Positions 11,089-24,002 of a stretch of 64,000 nt of DNA are shown piece by piece. Position numbers and translations under genes: made by a program. Each line of letters opens with the position of its first letter. Position 1 is the first letter of the stretch. The DNA comes from Blepharisma stoltei ATCC 30299 (lineage: Eukaryota; Protista; Ciliophora). Where the stretch lies: assembly GCA_965603825.1 (NCBI GenBank), contig CBFDEM010000062.1, positions 186,001 through 250,000 on the forward strand. Direction: 5' to 3'. The notes under the pieces were generated by a model, which saw only the letters and a list, made by a program, of their open reading frames with translations, was not told where the DNA came from and did no database searches.

Positions 11089-14000
11089 ATGAGAATTCTC
11101 TATGCATATGAAGTAGGAGGAGTAGAGCAAACATATAACCAGCACGCACTAGATATCACCGCGCCTGACCTAGAAAGCGGTCTTTCTCGCGAAATCCTTC
11201 TTAAATATCTCAAAGATGACGGAGCTCAAGTAAATGATGAAAGTGTTTTAAGTATTTATAACGAATCCCGCAGCGCCTACGTCACCCTCAGAAAAGGCGA
11301 TTTCGTTTCTTCAGACTTAGAAGTCCGGGTTCTGATCCGCAAAGGCCATTCCCCTTCAGTTCACGAACTTCTTCAAAAAATTGAAGCTCTTGAAAAACAG
11401 GTCCATATGCTTCAGAAAAAATTAGAAACCAGGGTAGAAACGACAGCAGCCAGAACTTATGCTATAAGAGGGTCTATTATATTAACAGCTTACTCAGAAA
11501 TCGACGTAGCCATGCTTCACAGCTCTCCTCTGGTTACTTCAAATAATGGGGTCATCAAATCTATAGAAGATTCCAGCCTAGACTTCGAAGGCGAAAGAAG
11601 AAATTTAATTGAATATTTAGAATCAAGAGACGCTGGCTGCGATATTAGGTTTGAGGTCGCAAATACAGAAAACTTGTATGAACTTTTGGACTATAAGCCT
11701 AAAATTATTTATATTTCTTCACAAGGATATTTGGTGAAAAGAGAAAATGGGTCAGAATTTGTACTGGGGTTTGAAAAAAGAGGTGGGGTTGAAGATATGG
11801 GGATTTTAGATGAAGTCGATGCAGATAGACTGAAGAAAATATTGGGCTCTGCGTCGACCTATTTTCAAATAGTAATTTTTAAAGGGTGCTATTCACAAGA
11901 AATAGGGGCAATGCTGCAGAATGCAGGGTTTAACTGTGTGGTGACTGTGCATGATCTGGATGGAGACATCCATGCGAAAACTTTTGTAGCTGAAATGTGC
12001 AGGAGTCTTATTAAAGGAGATTTCATTGAAAATGCTTTCAAAAAAGCAGTGGTGACTATAGAAGATAAAAATAAAATTTCAAGCTGCTGTTGTGCACATA
12101 GACATAAACCAAATTGCTTGTGGATGAATAAGATCCAGTGCTCAAATAAAATGGAAATCCACCGAGAGCATGTCCCAGAGTCTTGTAGATGCAAATTTGG
12201 CAGCAATATTCATAGTATCAACTGTGCTTGGGCTCAAAATTTCATGACTGACTATACACCTGAGAGGCAGCTTACAGACGATGAGCTTTTGAGTCAGAAA
12301 TTTGTAATTTGCTGCTGCTCTCCTGAAATTAATCATGCAAATATCAAATTTAGCATGCTTTATAACGACTCTAGTATCCTAGAACAAGTTTTGTTAGAAA
12401 ACAACGGGAAAACTAGCATTGAAATAAAATCCCCGCTTCCTGCCCATTTAAAGCCTCCATATGTAGAAAAAATCACAGTTGGAAGAAGAAAACAAATAAG
12501 GCAGCTGGCAGTGCTTGCTTCAGTAAATCGATGTGTAGAAGTTATCGGGCAATGCGGGATTGGGAAGACCATGCTTGTGAAGCGTGCTGCACAATATGTG
12601 TATGAGAGAAGGATTTTTAAAGAAGGCGTTGTGTATTTGGATTTCATGATGAGAACTGATATCATCTTTATGTACCGCTATATAGCAAGCACGCTGAATT
12701 TGCCATCAATAAATAACCTTAATGAGCTTTGCAAAGCACTTGACAACCTTGATGTGCTACTTATTATTGATAATATTGACCCTCTTCTAAAGCAAGAAAA
12801 TTCAACTTTAAAAGAAACCTATTCGTCACTGATAAACAATACGACTGCGCCGAAGTTTATAATAGCGACCCAAAAAGAGCTGAATTTTTCGCATTCAGAG
12901 AAATTCATAGTCAAGCCTTTAAAAACTAGGGAAGCTGCCAAACTGCTGGTGAATTTGGTAGATCCTAATTGAAAGCTGAAATCGGATTATATTAAGCACC
13001 CAGAGTCAATTGAAAGTGATTTTTTTGATAAAATTGGAACTCTGCCTGCAGCTATTCAACAAATAGCGCCTCTTTTTAAAGACTATTCGTTAGAAGAACT
13101 CAGTTTGCAAGCTTCAGGAAGTTTAGATAACTTTAATCAGCATTCAGCTAAGGATTCAGAAAAAACGCTTTCAATGTCTCTTACTCATGTTAATAATAAA
13201 TTGAACAAAACTTCTGATTTTTTGAAACTTTTATGCTATTTGCCATCTGGAGCTTTCAAGATTAATATCGATTATTTATGCAGAGGCACAATACTTGACT
13301 ATATGAAAATTTTACAGCTATTAAACACTGAAGGCCATACCTTAAATACATGGTTTTTACATAGTGACCCTAATTTTGAATTTGTACTTGTCAGAAGTAA
13401 TGTTGCGAATTATTTGGAAACACACTATTCTAATCGTCCAGAATTCGCTACAAAGGTAATTGAGCACTTAGCTGTTTTCGCTAGGGCTCTTTTAAAGTGC
13501 TTTTTACTTGGGTCTTCTCCAATAGGCGCCGAAGTAAAAGGAAGCTTATTTTTTGTGAATGCTGCAATAGACTATAAAATGTGAAGCAGCCAATTTCCTG
13601 ACCTAAGCGACCAGCTAGCTGAGCAGCTTGAAAAAGAACCAATTAAACCTCGAGACATGTTTGCAAAAATTGAAGCAAATTTCTGGTATTATATGAACAT
13701 TGATCAATTAAAGCGGGCTTTAGGCATAAATGATACTATCCCTGAAGAAACTGCTAAGGCCCTAGGAGAAATCATGAACTGTACAGCAGCAATTTTCATT
13801 ATTCTAGGAAAAAATGCAGACGCTCTAGAACTGCTTGATAGAGCTAAAAAATGTTGTGAAGCTTTTAATCTGGATAAATACCATAGCATGATCAATTTAA
13901 CCTATGCTTCTTTATTATCCGCAAATCCAAATAATTTTGATAAAGCGATTGACTTAATTGAAGCTGCGAAAAATTATTTTATTGAAGCAGACGATAGAGA

Positions 14001-16140
14001 AGGCCAAGCTGAATCCAACTTTTTACAAGCAATGATAAAGGAATTTAGAAGCACCAGCAGTGAAGGCACATTAATTCTTTCAAGAAGGTCAACACAGACT
14101 GACTTAGAAGGCCAATTAGAGCTAGCTGATACAAGATTTAGAGAGTCAGAAAATAATTTAGGCTGTGCTAGAGCTCAGCTAGCCTTGGCAGAGTACAAGC
14201 TTAAATATGAAAGCAACGAAGCTGACGTGCTTGATAAACTAGAAAATGCCAGAGTTGTGTTTGAAGAACTTGGCAGGACTTATTGGGAAGCTCGAGCTAC
14301 CATTTGTCTAGGCGACTGGTATTGCTTTGGGAAAAACTGGATTAAAGCGAGAGATATCTATACTTCAGCTTTAAACTTAACAAAGAGAAATGGGGACAGG
14401 AAGCAAGAAATCGAAGTCACAGAAAAAATAAAAAAATCAAATGAAATGATCAGAAAAAAGAGCAAAAATGTAATAGCTTTGTTAAAGTCCTCACCACTGG
14501 TTGAAAAAACCAATAGCATACAAAGGGTAGGCGCAGTTTGCCGATTTCCATCTGAATTTAGAACAAATCTTAAAGCAGAACTCGCTGAAACTGGAAAAGA
14601 AGTCTGTGTAAGATTTGATATTGGTTCTAAAGCAAAACTTAAAGAATACTTGCAAGAAAATTGCAGAATCTTGCATATTGCAAGCGAAGTCCCAAGAAAT
14701 AATTGCTTGATTTTTGAAAAAGAAAATGGCGTTGCAGAAATTCTGACTAAAGAAGACTTGAAAAATGAAATTGTAGGATTTCAGCAGTATGGAGTTGAAG
14801 TTCTAGTCTTAGCAATGCCATTTAGTGTTCAGCTTGGAGAATTCTGCCGCCAAGAGCTAGGAGTTCCCCATGTCATTGCATTTGGCATGCCAGATTACCC
14901 TAAGGATGGAGAACCTATTCACCTATATTTGGCATTTGAATCGGCAATTCATACTTTTTGTATCAGTTTTTACAAAAATCTTGTGTCTGGGCTGACAGTA
15001 AGGACTTCATATCTTGAAGCCAAAGAAGAAATGGAGCTATATCTAGACGAGCAGTCAAGAGAATTTGGCTACTTAGAGTTTATGGGTAAATATTTTGAGC
15101 AGTGGTGGGAAGAATACCACAGAAATGAGCCAGTTCTCATAAATGAAATAAGTGGGATTCATGATTCCCCAATATTTTTTGAAGATGGCCCAGAATATCC
15201 TAAAAACTCTTCACTTATTGATATGAGCACTCCTAGAGCTCCAAGCAACATTGAGAAAAAAACAAAATGCTTTATAGGCCGACAAGTAGAACTTTACAAC
15301 ATAATTGAGGCCTTAAACGACTCTTCTTCATGTGTCCACATAACTTCTGCTGAAGGCGTCGGAAAGTCTGAATTTGTGAAATATTTAGGATATTATTTGA
15401 ATATCAGAGACAAATACCCAGATGGGATTTATTTATTGGATCTACAAGGAAAATCATCATTAAATGAAGTTTATGAGCTGTTCCAAAAAGTAGGGCTTGC
15501 GTTTTATTCGTCTGATATTGATCCAAGAACATTTTTATACCAGCAAAGGCTTTTATTGATTCTTGATAATTGTGATGCGTTAATGACGCAGGCAGAAATT
15601 ACTTTTAACAGCTTGCTGAGAATATTTTTAAAAGAATGCAAAATATCGGTAATATTAACATCATGCGCTCAAATAACCACAGATGATTCGTATAATATCA
15701 AAAGATTTGCGTTGCGCCATTTAAATAACCAAGAATCATATCAGCTTTTAGCTTTGAAAAGTCCGAAATTCACAAGCCAAAGGTTAGAAGCAGAAAGAGA
15801 TAGGCCGGAATTTAACCAAACAGTATATGAAATAATTCGAGAATGCCAAGGAATTCCTAGAAAAATATTAATTTGGGCGAGAAGACTGGAAAAGCAGGAT
15901 TCAAAAAATATTTCACTGCTGCTTTCTTTGAAGAATATGAATAATACAGCTTCTGAGCCTACAAGTCCATTGTTTGAAGAAGATTTGCCATCATTAGAGT
16001 TAGTTAGAAGTAGCACAAAAGATGAATTCTTAACAAGATCGAGAACAGTTGAGCCATCATCGATAGCATATCAAAGCCAAGAAGGCGATTGGTTCATTAA
16101 GACAGATCTCAAGAGAAATTCTTTATTCCCTTACAAATAG
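11089..16140 (+). CDS. NLR-like STAND NTPase protein, 1683 aa: CHAT-like domain + Cys/His insert + NB-ARC-like NTPase + TPRs + second CHAT-like domain + second NTPase
   Basis: Three ORF-track pieces share one frame, joined by TGA 12970 and TGA 13582 with no TAA/TAG between; Walker A GQCGIGKT and SAEGVGKS, Walker B LLIIDNID and LLILDNCD, GxP-like GTLPAAI and QGIPRKI; TPR-like helices ~13760-14450. Confidence 0.85.
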
Positions 16141-16901
16141 AAGTAATTTAGAATTTGATAATATCTCATAAATATTGATTTAATTAATTTCATCCTTATT
16201 TTGACAGCTCATAAAGCTTTGGCTGAAATGTAATAATTTTTTGATAAATAATCGCAATTCATAAAGAAAATGTTAATGATGGGAAATTAAATAAAATCAA
16301 TATTCATGATAAATCCATAATTTGTGCTTTTAATCTTCGTAATTATTTTTCGATAATGTCAAAAAGGAAATGATGGGCAAAGAGTATAAATTGCATTTTC
16401 AAGATATTTGCATAGGCTGATAGATGTCACAAATTTTGACGAGATCATAAGAAAAAATTATAAGTTTAAAAAAGTTTTAAATTTTGACATGGACCTGAAG
16501 TCATGCCCTAACTTAACTAAACCTCTCTCTATCCCTTATTATTAAAATATATGTGTTAGATAGTTTATAAATTACTATTATTTTGAGCTAAATTGGGCGG
16601 TAATCTTATCAATTTTATAAAATGGCATTAATGCTACCAAAAACAATTATGGATTAAATCCTATCTTTAATCGAAAATTTTTTGTATTGAATTTATTCAC
16701 TCCAATTGAAAGGGACATTGGATGATATTTATTTAAAACTTTTCAGAAGATATCTTACAATTGATTGGCATTATTCACATTTTTAAATTAAATATATATG
16801 TTATACTGGTTAACTTTTAGCTTATAATTTTAAAATAAATCTATGCATTTTTAATTAAAAGAAATTTAAAATACAAAAAATTTCTTGAAAAAATTCAAAT
16901 T

Positions 16902-17702
16902 TTAATTAAAAGAGGCATATCCTAGTCCACTCCTTGGGCTTGCAGCTTCTTCGACTTGTGAAGTTGGGACTGAAAGGCTATTTTGTGCCAGATCTTTGAC
17001 ATCAATCTTGCAAGGCTCTTCAAATGGTATCAGCTCCTGCCTCTTTTTATTCAAGAGAGACTTTATTCGGTTCTTTACTGAACATTCTGTCCGATTTCCC
17101 ACCTGTTTTGCTATGGTGCTCCACTTGTTGCCAAGCTCCTTATGCAGCTCAAGCAACTGTGAATCTTCCTTGTCAGTTCAGCTCCCTCTCTTGATTTCAG
17201 GATTTAAATGGTTGTTCCATCTTTCCTTGCAATGCTTGCCAGTCCTTATTTTGAGTCCTTTGTGTATTGTATTGTTGATAATATTAGCAATGTTTCCCCA
17301 CTTTTTTACAGCGCTTTCTACCAATTCGATGAGCTTTTCATCTTCTTTTTCAGACCAAATCCCAGGGCGCAAAGTTCCAGAGACTTGGATTTCGTTGATT
17401 TTCGCCATACACTGCTCAGCTGACTGTTCGGTTTCCTTTGAAATCGTTTCAAAGTCGTGGATGTCGAGATCCTCGATATTTTTGTCCTTCTGCTGAGCAT
17501 AGGCTTTGGTTATTTCATAGAGCCTTTCAACTTGGTTCTTTTTCCAAGTCCTCTTGTATTTCCCTTTTGGAGCTGTTTCAACAGAGTTTTTAATTGGAAT
17601 GGACACTACTGGGACCTGGGGAAAGGCACAGAAGTAGTATGGGGTTATGGTCTGAATTGTATAGTTTGGAATAAAGTATTGAAAGCTTTGCTGATTTTCC
17701 AT
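16902..17702 (-). CDS. Myb-like DNA-binding protein (266 aa; R2R3 plus a degenerate first repeat)
   Basis: GIWSEKEDEKL...WGNIA...RTGKHCKERWNNHLNPEIKRGS(W=TGA 17178)TDKEDSQL...GNKWSTIAKQVGNRTECSVKNR. Confidence 0.93.
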
Positions 17703-18296
17703 TTATAAAGTTGTATAATAGCCATTACATGAAATTTGAATTTAAGTAAGGAATAAAATGGTCTTATTGTTAACACTTTGTAATTAAGTAGTAAAAAAAG
17801 AAGTTTTGAAGTGGGGTTATTTTTCTAGAGAAAATTTTTGTAAAAATTCAGTTATTCTTGTTTAGAAATTGATTATAGAGTTTTTGTAAAATAAAATTTA
17901 GTAGGATATTATAATTGAGTTTTGAATAAAGAAACTCTAAAAATCTATTAAGAGAAAATCTTGTTTATCTATTTCAAAATTTAGGCCAGCTCAACCAAGT
18001 TTAAGAAAAGCTTCTTAATATTTGATGTTTCATCTATTTATAATAAAGAAGGACTGCATTGAAGACATAAATATCTAAGTAAAGAAAATCTACTTTGTAT
18101 TCAAATTTAAAATTCCGTCAACTAATTATGGTTAATCCAATAAATCTACGGTTTTTCAACGCACGAGTTGATTTACAAAATTATAATTTTGTCATATTTT
18201 ATAAATATGCTATTATACCTAATTTATTCAACTGAGTTTTAATAATAAATAATAAAGTTAAAAATATTCGTTACAGTAATTTCAGTAATTTTAAAA

Positions 18297-20570
18297 TTAA
18301 AATTTATTTTCTTCAGGTCTTATTTCTTGAATAGAACTCAAAGGAAGCGCTATCAACTTTGTAATCACTGCTGAAAACATCCTTGAAAAATCATAATCCC
18401 TTCTTTTTTCTTCAAACCTCTTTTCTTTTTGTTGTTCAAGTTCTTTTTTATTTATTTCAGCTCTAAGTTGTTTATTTATACTTATCTCTTTTACGTTCTG
18501 CTGCTTATCTTCAATCTCTGCTGAAATCTTGGATTTCATACTTTGGACTTTTTGCAAATAATTTTTATATTTAATTTTTTTGTTTTTTTCTATTTCCTCA
18601 TATAGCGATTTCCTATAGTTTTCAGCCTGCTCAAGTTTCTGCAGCTTAACTTCAAATTCTCTTTGAATTTGCTCAGTAAGCTGGCTTTCTAAATAAGTTT
18701 TTCTTTCCTGGCTTTTCTTTATATTTTCTTCTGTTGCCTTTGCCATGTCTTTGATTTTTTTGGAAATTTCCATTTGGATGAGCTCGACATTTGATCTTGA
18801 AATTTCAGCTCTTTTTTTCATTTGCTGATAAAAGAATTCTTTTTTCTTTTCATATAGATCATATCGGCTTATAGACTTTTCTCCTGAAGGTATTTTAAGG
18901 CTCTCTGTGCGCTCATCATGCCTGAGAAGGAAGCTGGTTTTGCTTTTGTTTAGTCTTCTTGACTTTTCTTCAATGCTTTTTGCTTCTCTTGGGGATAAAA
19001 AGTCTGAAGAAGCTGAAGAAGAAACTTTTGTGGGGTTAACAAATGGCTTTAAGCTCCTGATAACGATTTTTGAAGACCCTTTCTCTTGAACTGAGTCAAT
19101 TTTATCTTCTGGAGGCCTCATATGTGATCGTCGTGCGAGCAGTCTCTGCACAGAAAAAGATGGCTCTATTTGTGTATAAGATTTAGCAGAGTGTCTTATA
19201 AATTGACTTTGCTGGGACTCTTCTGACGGTAGGGTTTCTACTTTTGTTTCAATGATCTCTGGGATTGTTGGCTGGTTCAACTCTGTTTCTTTTGATTGTC
19301 CTATTGATAAATTTGGAGCTGATTGAACAACAGAATTTTCAGTCTTTGGATGTATTTTAGGAAATGAAAGCATGGAATTATTGCAGTTTTCTTCTCAGTC
19401 GTCTTTTTTTATCATAACTCCATTCACTATCGCATATTTTTTAGTGAAATTCTCATACCCTTCCACAAGCAAATTATAATCATCGTGAGGATTTGAAGCT
19501 TTATATGGTTTATATTTCATATCACTTTTGTACTCAGCTTGATGAAATTGCCATCCTTGCCAGCTTGGGCCTTGATTTCGATTATCTAGTCTTTTAAGCA
19601 CCTTATATCCAAGTGGACCATCATACCTTTGAGTTGAGTCTGTTCTGCATCTGTGCCTCGAACTGAAAGAAATAGCTTCTTTTTTGGGGCAGCCTTTTCC
19701 TCTTAACTGTAAATAAAGCATAGCTTGATCTATTGTAAGTACTGAGTCATTAGGGCTTAGTTTATAGCAATACCTCTTTAAAATGTCTTCTTTTCATTTA
19801 GCATCCTCACTCATCTGAGTTGAATTCGTCCTCGCTGTTTTAGCAGGGCCAGTATACCCATTAATGCAGTCTCATATTGGTAAATTTCTTGGGGTATTGC
19901 AAACTGATGTAGGTAGAGATCCATAAAAATTTTTCATTCTACCTCCAGAAGCAGTTGACATCCATCGAGTAGTTCCAGGCTTTTCAAGTAGTTCCGCTAA
20001 ATGAATTAGCCTTCTTTCTTCGTGCCTTGACCTTTCTTCTTTCATCTTATTAATGTTTTCTTCTTGTATCGCTTCCCTTTTCATAATAAGTGACTCGCTT
20101 TGAGTGCTCTTTTTAAAAATTTTGCTTGGATCATCTCTGCTCGTCAATGAAGTTTGAGCATTTGACGTGTCTCCTGTAGACTTTCGATACTGAAAAAAGT
20201 CTTCCACCTTTTTATTCTCTTCGCATTCAATGCTTCTTTTTCTAGACTGAACTATAGATGAAAATTTATTGTTTTTCTGAGTGATTTCTCTTAATATTTC
20301 TCTTCTTCTTTCCGTTTTCAGCTGCATCGTTTTTTCTAACTTCTGCTCTAAACTTATTCTTTTCCGGTTATTTATCACATTTTGTATATCTAAATTAAGC
20401 TGCTTTCGGAGCTTGAGTTTCTGGTTCTTAATTTCTGAAATTGAAACAATATCTTGTGTCGCCTTCTGCTTAGTCTCTAAATCTAGAAACTTTTTATTAT
20501 ACGAGTTTTCTATATATTTTATGATCTGTTCCTGGGGCATTAAAATCCCTGCAGATTTCGATTTCTTCAT
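18297..20570 (-). CDS. Hypothetical coiled-coil/low-complexity protein (757 aa)
   Basis: Three ORF-track fragments share one frame, joined by three TGA codons with no TAA/TAG. Confidence 0.75.
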
Positions 20571-20620
20571 CTATTTCTAAAAAAATGGAAATTTTGAGTA
20601 AAAGTTAAGAATTAAGTTAT

Positions 20621-23600
20621 TTATTTTTTCCTAAACATTTCCAGCATTCTATAGGTCACCACAAATCCACCGACCACATTTATACTGGCGAAGAAGAGGC
20701 TGGTGAACCCAAGAGCGCTTCCTTCATCAAACTTGACATCTTCAGATGCAGGAGTCAGCTCAAGCATGGCTCCAATTACAATAATTCCTGATATAGCGTT
20801 CGTAACACTCATAAGAGGAGTATGCAATGCTGGGGTGACGTTCCAAATAACCATATATCCAATGACAATTGCCAAAATGAATATCAAAAAGAAGCCTAAA
20901 AATTCTACATCAGCTGAGTAGCCAATTGACAAAAATACAGTAGCCAGCAATGCAATATTCAAAAGCCAGCTGTATTCTTGGATAAAGGATTTATGGGAAG
21001 CGTCTTCAAGAGGCTGAGCTGCATGGAAAACTGGAGCTGCCTGAGGTGCGGCTGCTGGTTTTGCTTGAGGAGGTGGAGGTGGTGGTCTTTTGTCTAAAGG
21101 AATCCATGTGACTTCTCCAGCATTCGCAACAACCATATTGTTTACAATTTCGTCCTTCATGTTAATATGGAACTTGCTAGCTCCTCCTAGTTCATCAAGC
21201 AAATGCCATAAATTATTAGCAAATAGTTCTGAGCTTTGTGGAGCCATTCTTGATACTAAATCAGTGTATCCGATAATAACTACTCCGCTTTGTGGATCTG
21301 TAATAGCATTTCCAGGCTCAGTCAGTTCGCAGTTTCCGCCCATTTCGGCAGCCATATCAACAATAACGCTGCCTGGTCTCATCACTCTGACCACTTCTTC
21401 TTTAATCAGTTTTGGAGCTGGCTTTCCAGGAATTAAAGCAGTGGTAATTACTATATCGCTGACTCTGGCAATATCTTTAGTTAGCTGATCCTGGGCTCTT
21501 TTAAATTCGTCACTCATTTCTTTGGCGTAACCTCCTACACCTTGTCCTTCTTCTTTAAGCTGAACTTCTACGAATTCTGCACCTAAACTTTCGGCTTGTT
21601 CTCTTGCAGCAGATCTGGTGTCGAAAGCTTTTACAATGCAGCCAAAGTTTCTGCAGTAGCCAATAGCAGCAAGACCTGCAACTCCACATCCAATGATAAA
21701 AACTTTTGCAGGCGGCAATTTTCCAGCAGCTGTTATTTGAGCCTTAGGGCATTTTTGGAAAATATTGAACGCCTCTACGACAGCTCTGTAACCTGCAACA
21801 TTGGCCATAGAGCTTAAAGAGTCTAATTTCTGAGCACGTGTAATTCTAGGTACACAATCCATAGCTGCTATGGTGAGTTTTGGGTATCTTTTAGCTAGGT
21901 TATCTACATATGAAAGATCTTGTGCTGGGTATACATAGCAGACAAGCAATTTTACGTTTTCAAGCAAGTCTTGCTCATTTTGGTTGAGTTCTGCATTAAA
22001 AGAAGGTTTTCTTACCTTTAAGATGATATCAGCTTTTCTCCATACTCTGTCAGTCCTGTTAATTTTAGCTCCATACTTTTCGTATTCTGAGTCCCAAAAT
22101 CCGGCAGCTTCTCCTGCTCCTTTTTCGATGATGACTTCAAAACCTGATTTTCTGAACTTTCTGACCATTTTTGGAGTTATAGCGACTCTGCGCTCTCCTT
22201 GAAGCACTTCTTTAGGAACTCCAATAATCATTTGAGGATCTGGATATACACCATCGTCAGCTTCAGACTCAACGACTTCTTCTTTTTTAACCTCTTTTAC
22301 AGCTGGGCCGTTATCTCCAGCTTTTCCTTTTAATTCTCCTAAAATATCTTTGATAGATTTATCAGCACTTCCAAAGAACATTCTGGTATTTGGCTTCACA
22401 AATAGTGGATTCTCTATGCCAGCGTATCCTGTTCCTGATCCTCTTTTGAAGACACAGACCATTTTGCTTTTCCATACCTCGCATACAGGCATCCCAGCAA
22501 TTGGGGAATTCGGGTTTTCTTGAGCGTCTGGGTTGACGATATCATTAGCTCCAATAATCATAGAAATATCGGTATGTGGAAAATCTTTATTGATTTCTGA
22601 CATCTCCATAACGATGTTATAAGGAACGTTTGCTTCTGCTAAAAGCACATTCATATGTCCAGGAAGTCTTCCTGCGACAGGGTGGATACAAAAGTGAACT
22701 TCCTTGCCCATTTTTCTTAAAACGTCAGCAAGTTCCCCGACGTCATGCTGAGCTCTAGCAACTGCCATTCCATAGCCAGGGACAATTACAACACTTTTTG
22801 CTTTGACCAGTTCTGCAACAAAATCTTGGCACTTTATAGGTGTTTGAACACCATCTCCAATGTTAACTGGACCCATCGTTGTTCCTTGTCCAAAGCCTCC
22901 CATAATCACACTGAAGAATGACCTATTCATGGCTCTGCACATAATATAGCTAAGAATGGCACCAGAAGAGCCGACCAAAGCTCCTGTGATAATTAACAAG
23001 TTGTTTTGAAGCAAAAATCCAGAGGCGGAAGTAGTCCAACCTGAATAAGAGTTCAGCATTGATACAACAACTGGCATATCTGCACCTCCAATAGCCATAA
23101 CAAGATGCCAGCCTACAAAGAACGAAATTCCTGTCATTGCCATCAAAGATTGAAAAGCCAATGTTTCGTCTTCAGCGAAAAGGAATAAATATCCAAGCCC
23201 GAAAATAAGAATCAGGGACACGATATTTAGCATATGTCTACCTCTCCCACATATCAGTAATGGGATTCCGCTGATCAGTCCTTGGAGTTTTGCAAAAGCG
23301 ACTACTGAGCCAGTAAAAGTAATAGCTCCCATAAAAACGCCGACAAAAGTCTCGGATTTCTCGATTATCCCCATGGCTTCGTTTAACTCATTCTCATGGA
23401 GGTATTTAGAATACCCGACAAGGGTTGCGGCAATACCAACAAAGCTGTGCAAAGCTGCGACCATCTGAGGCATCATAATCATTTCAACTTTTAAGGCAAG
23501 GGTAAGCCCAATCAAGCCTCCTAAGGAAAATGCTGGAATAAAGTAAACGAAATTGCTATTGAATTCGTCTAATAAAAATGTTGAGCCGATTGCAAGAGTC

Positions 23601-23719
23601 ATTGAAATGATTCCGAAGAAATTCCCTTTTCTAGAAGATTCATGCTGTGATAATCCACCCAGCGCGAGGATAAAAAGTAGACTACATAGCATATAAACAG
23701 ACTCCACTATCTGTTGCAT
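20621..23719 (-). CDS. NNT: NAD(P)+ transhydrogenase, single polypeptide in beta-alpha order
   Basis: PntB motifs ([49 protein letters not shown]) followed by PntA motifs ([41 protein letters not shown]). Confidence 0.97.
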   Translation of the reverse strand: MQQIVESVYMLCSLLFILALGGLSQHESSRKGNFFGIISMTLAIGSTFLLDEFNSNFVYFIPAFSLGGLIGLTLALKVEMIMMPQMVAALHSFVGIAATLVGYSKYLHENELNEAMGIIEKSETFVGVFMGAITFTGSVVAFAKLQGLISGIPLLICGRGRHMLNIVSLILIFGLGYLFLFAEDETLAFQSLMAMTGISFFVGWHLVMAIGGADMPVVVSMLNSYSGWTTSASGFLLQNNLLIITGALVGSSGAILSYIMCRAMNRSFFSVIMGGFGQGTTMGPVNIGDGVQTPIKCQDFVAELVKAKSVVIVPGYGMAVARAQHDVGELADVLRKMGKEVHFCIHPVAGRLPGHMNVLLAEANVPYNIVMEMSEINKDFPHTDISMIIGANDIVNPDAQENPNSPIAGMPVCEVWKSKMVCVFKRGSGTGYAGIENPLFVKPNTRMFFGSADKSIKDILGELKGKAGDNGPAVKEVKKEEVVESEADDGVYPDPQMIIGVPKEVLQGERRVAITPKMVRKFRKSGFEVIIEKGAGEAAGFWDSEYEKYGAKINRTDRVWRKADIILKVRKPSFNAELNQNEQDLLENVKLLVCYVYPAQDLSYVDNLAKRYPKLTIAAMDCVPRITRAQKLDSLSSMANVAGYRAVVEAFNIFQKCPKAQITAAGKLPPAKVFIIGCGVAGLAAIGYCRNFGCIVKAFDTRSAAREQAESLGAEFVEVQLKEEGQGVGGYAKEMSDEFKRAQDQLTKDIARVSDIVITTALIPGKPAPKLIKEEVVRVMRPGSVIVDMAAEMGGNCELTEPGNAITDPQSGVVIIGYTDLVSRMAPQSSELFANNLWHLLDELGGASKFHINMKDEIVNNMVVANAGEVTWIPLDKRPPPPPPQAKPAAAPQAAPVFHAAQPLEDASHKSFIQEYSWLLNIALLATVFLSIGYSADVEFLGFFLIFILAIVIGYMVIWNVTPALHTPLMSVTNAISGIIVIGAMLELTPASEDVKFDEGSALGFTSLFFASINVVGGFVVTYRMLEMFRKK

Positions 23720-24002
23720 TTTATTATTGGCTATAATAGAGAATTAACTATCCAGAGATAAAAGCATTATTTTAATTGAGATAAAATAATTAAGAGAGTT
23801 CAAAGAGAGTTTAATAAAATAAAATTGTTTGAAAATAATCATAATTTGTAGCCATCATATTTAAATAATGGATTCAATAATTATCCTATTTTCCTATCAT
23901 TTAGAATCTTAGTATGTAAATCCAAAATGTTTTAGGTAAAAATAAATCGATTTTTTTAAAGGTAAATTTATATCTAAATATACATATTATTATATTTATA
24001 GC

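Noticed and set aside
16506-16560. CCCTAAC/TGTTAG words as internal telomeric repeats or a breakage site
   Set aside because: Isolated partial matches with no tandem array
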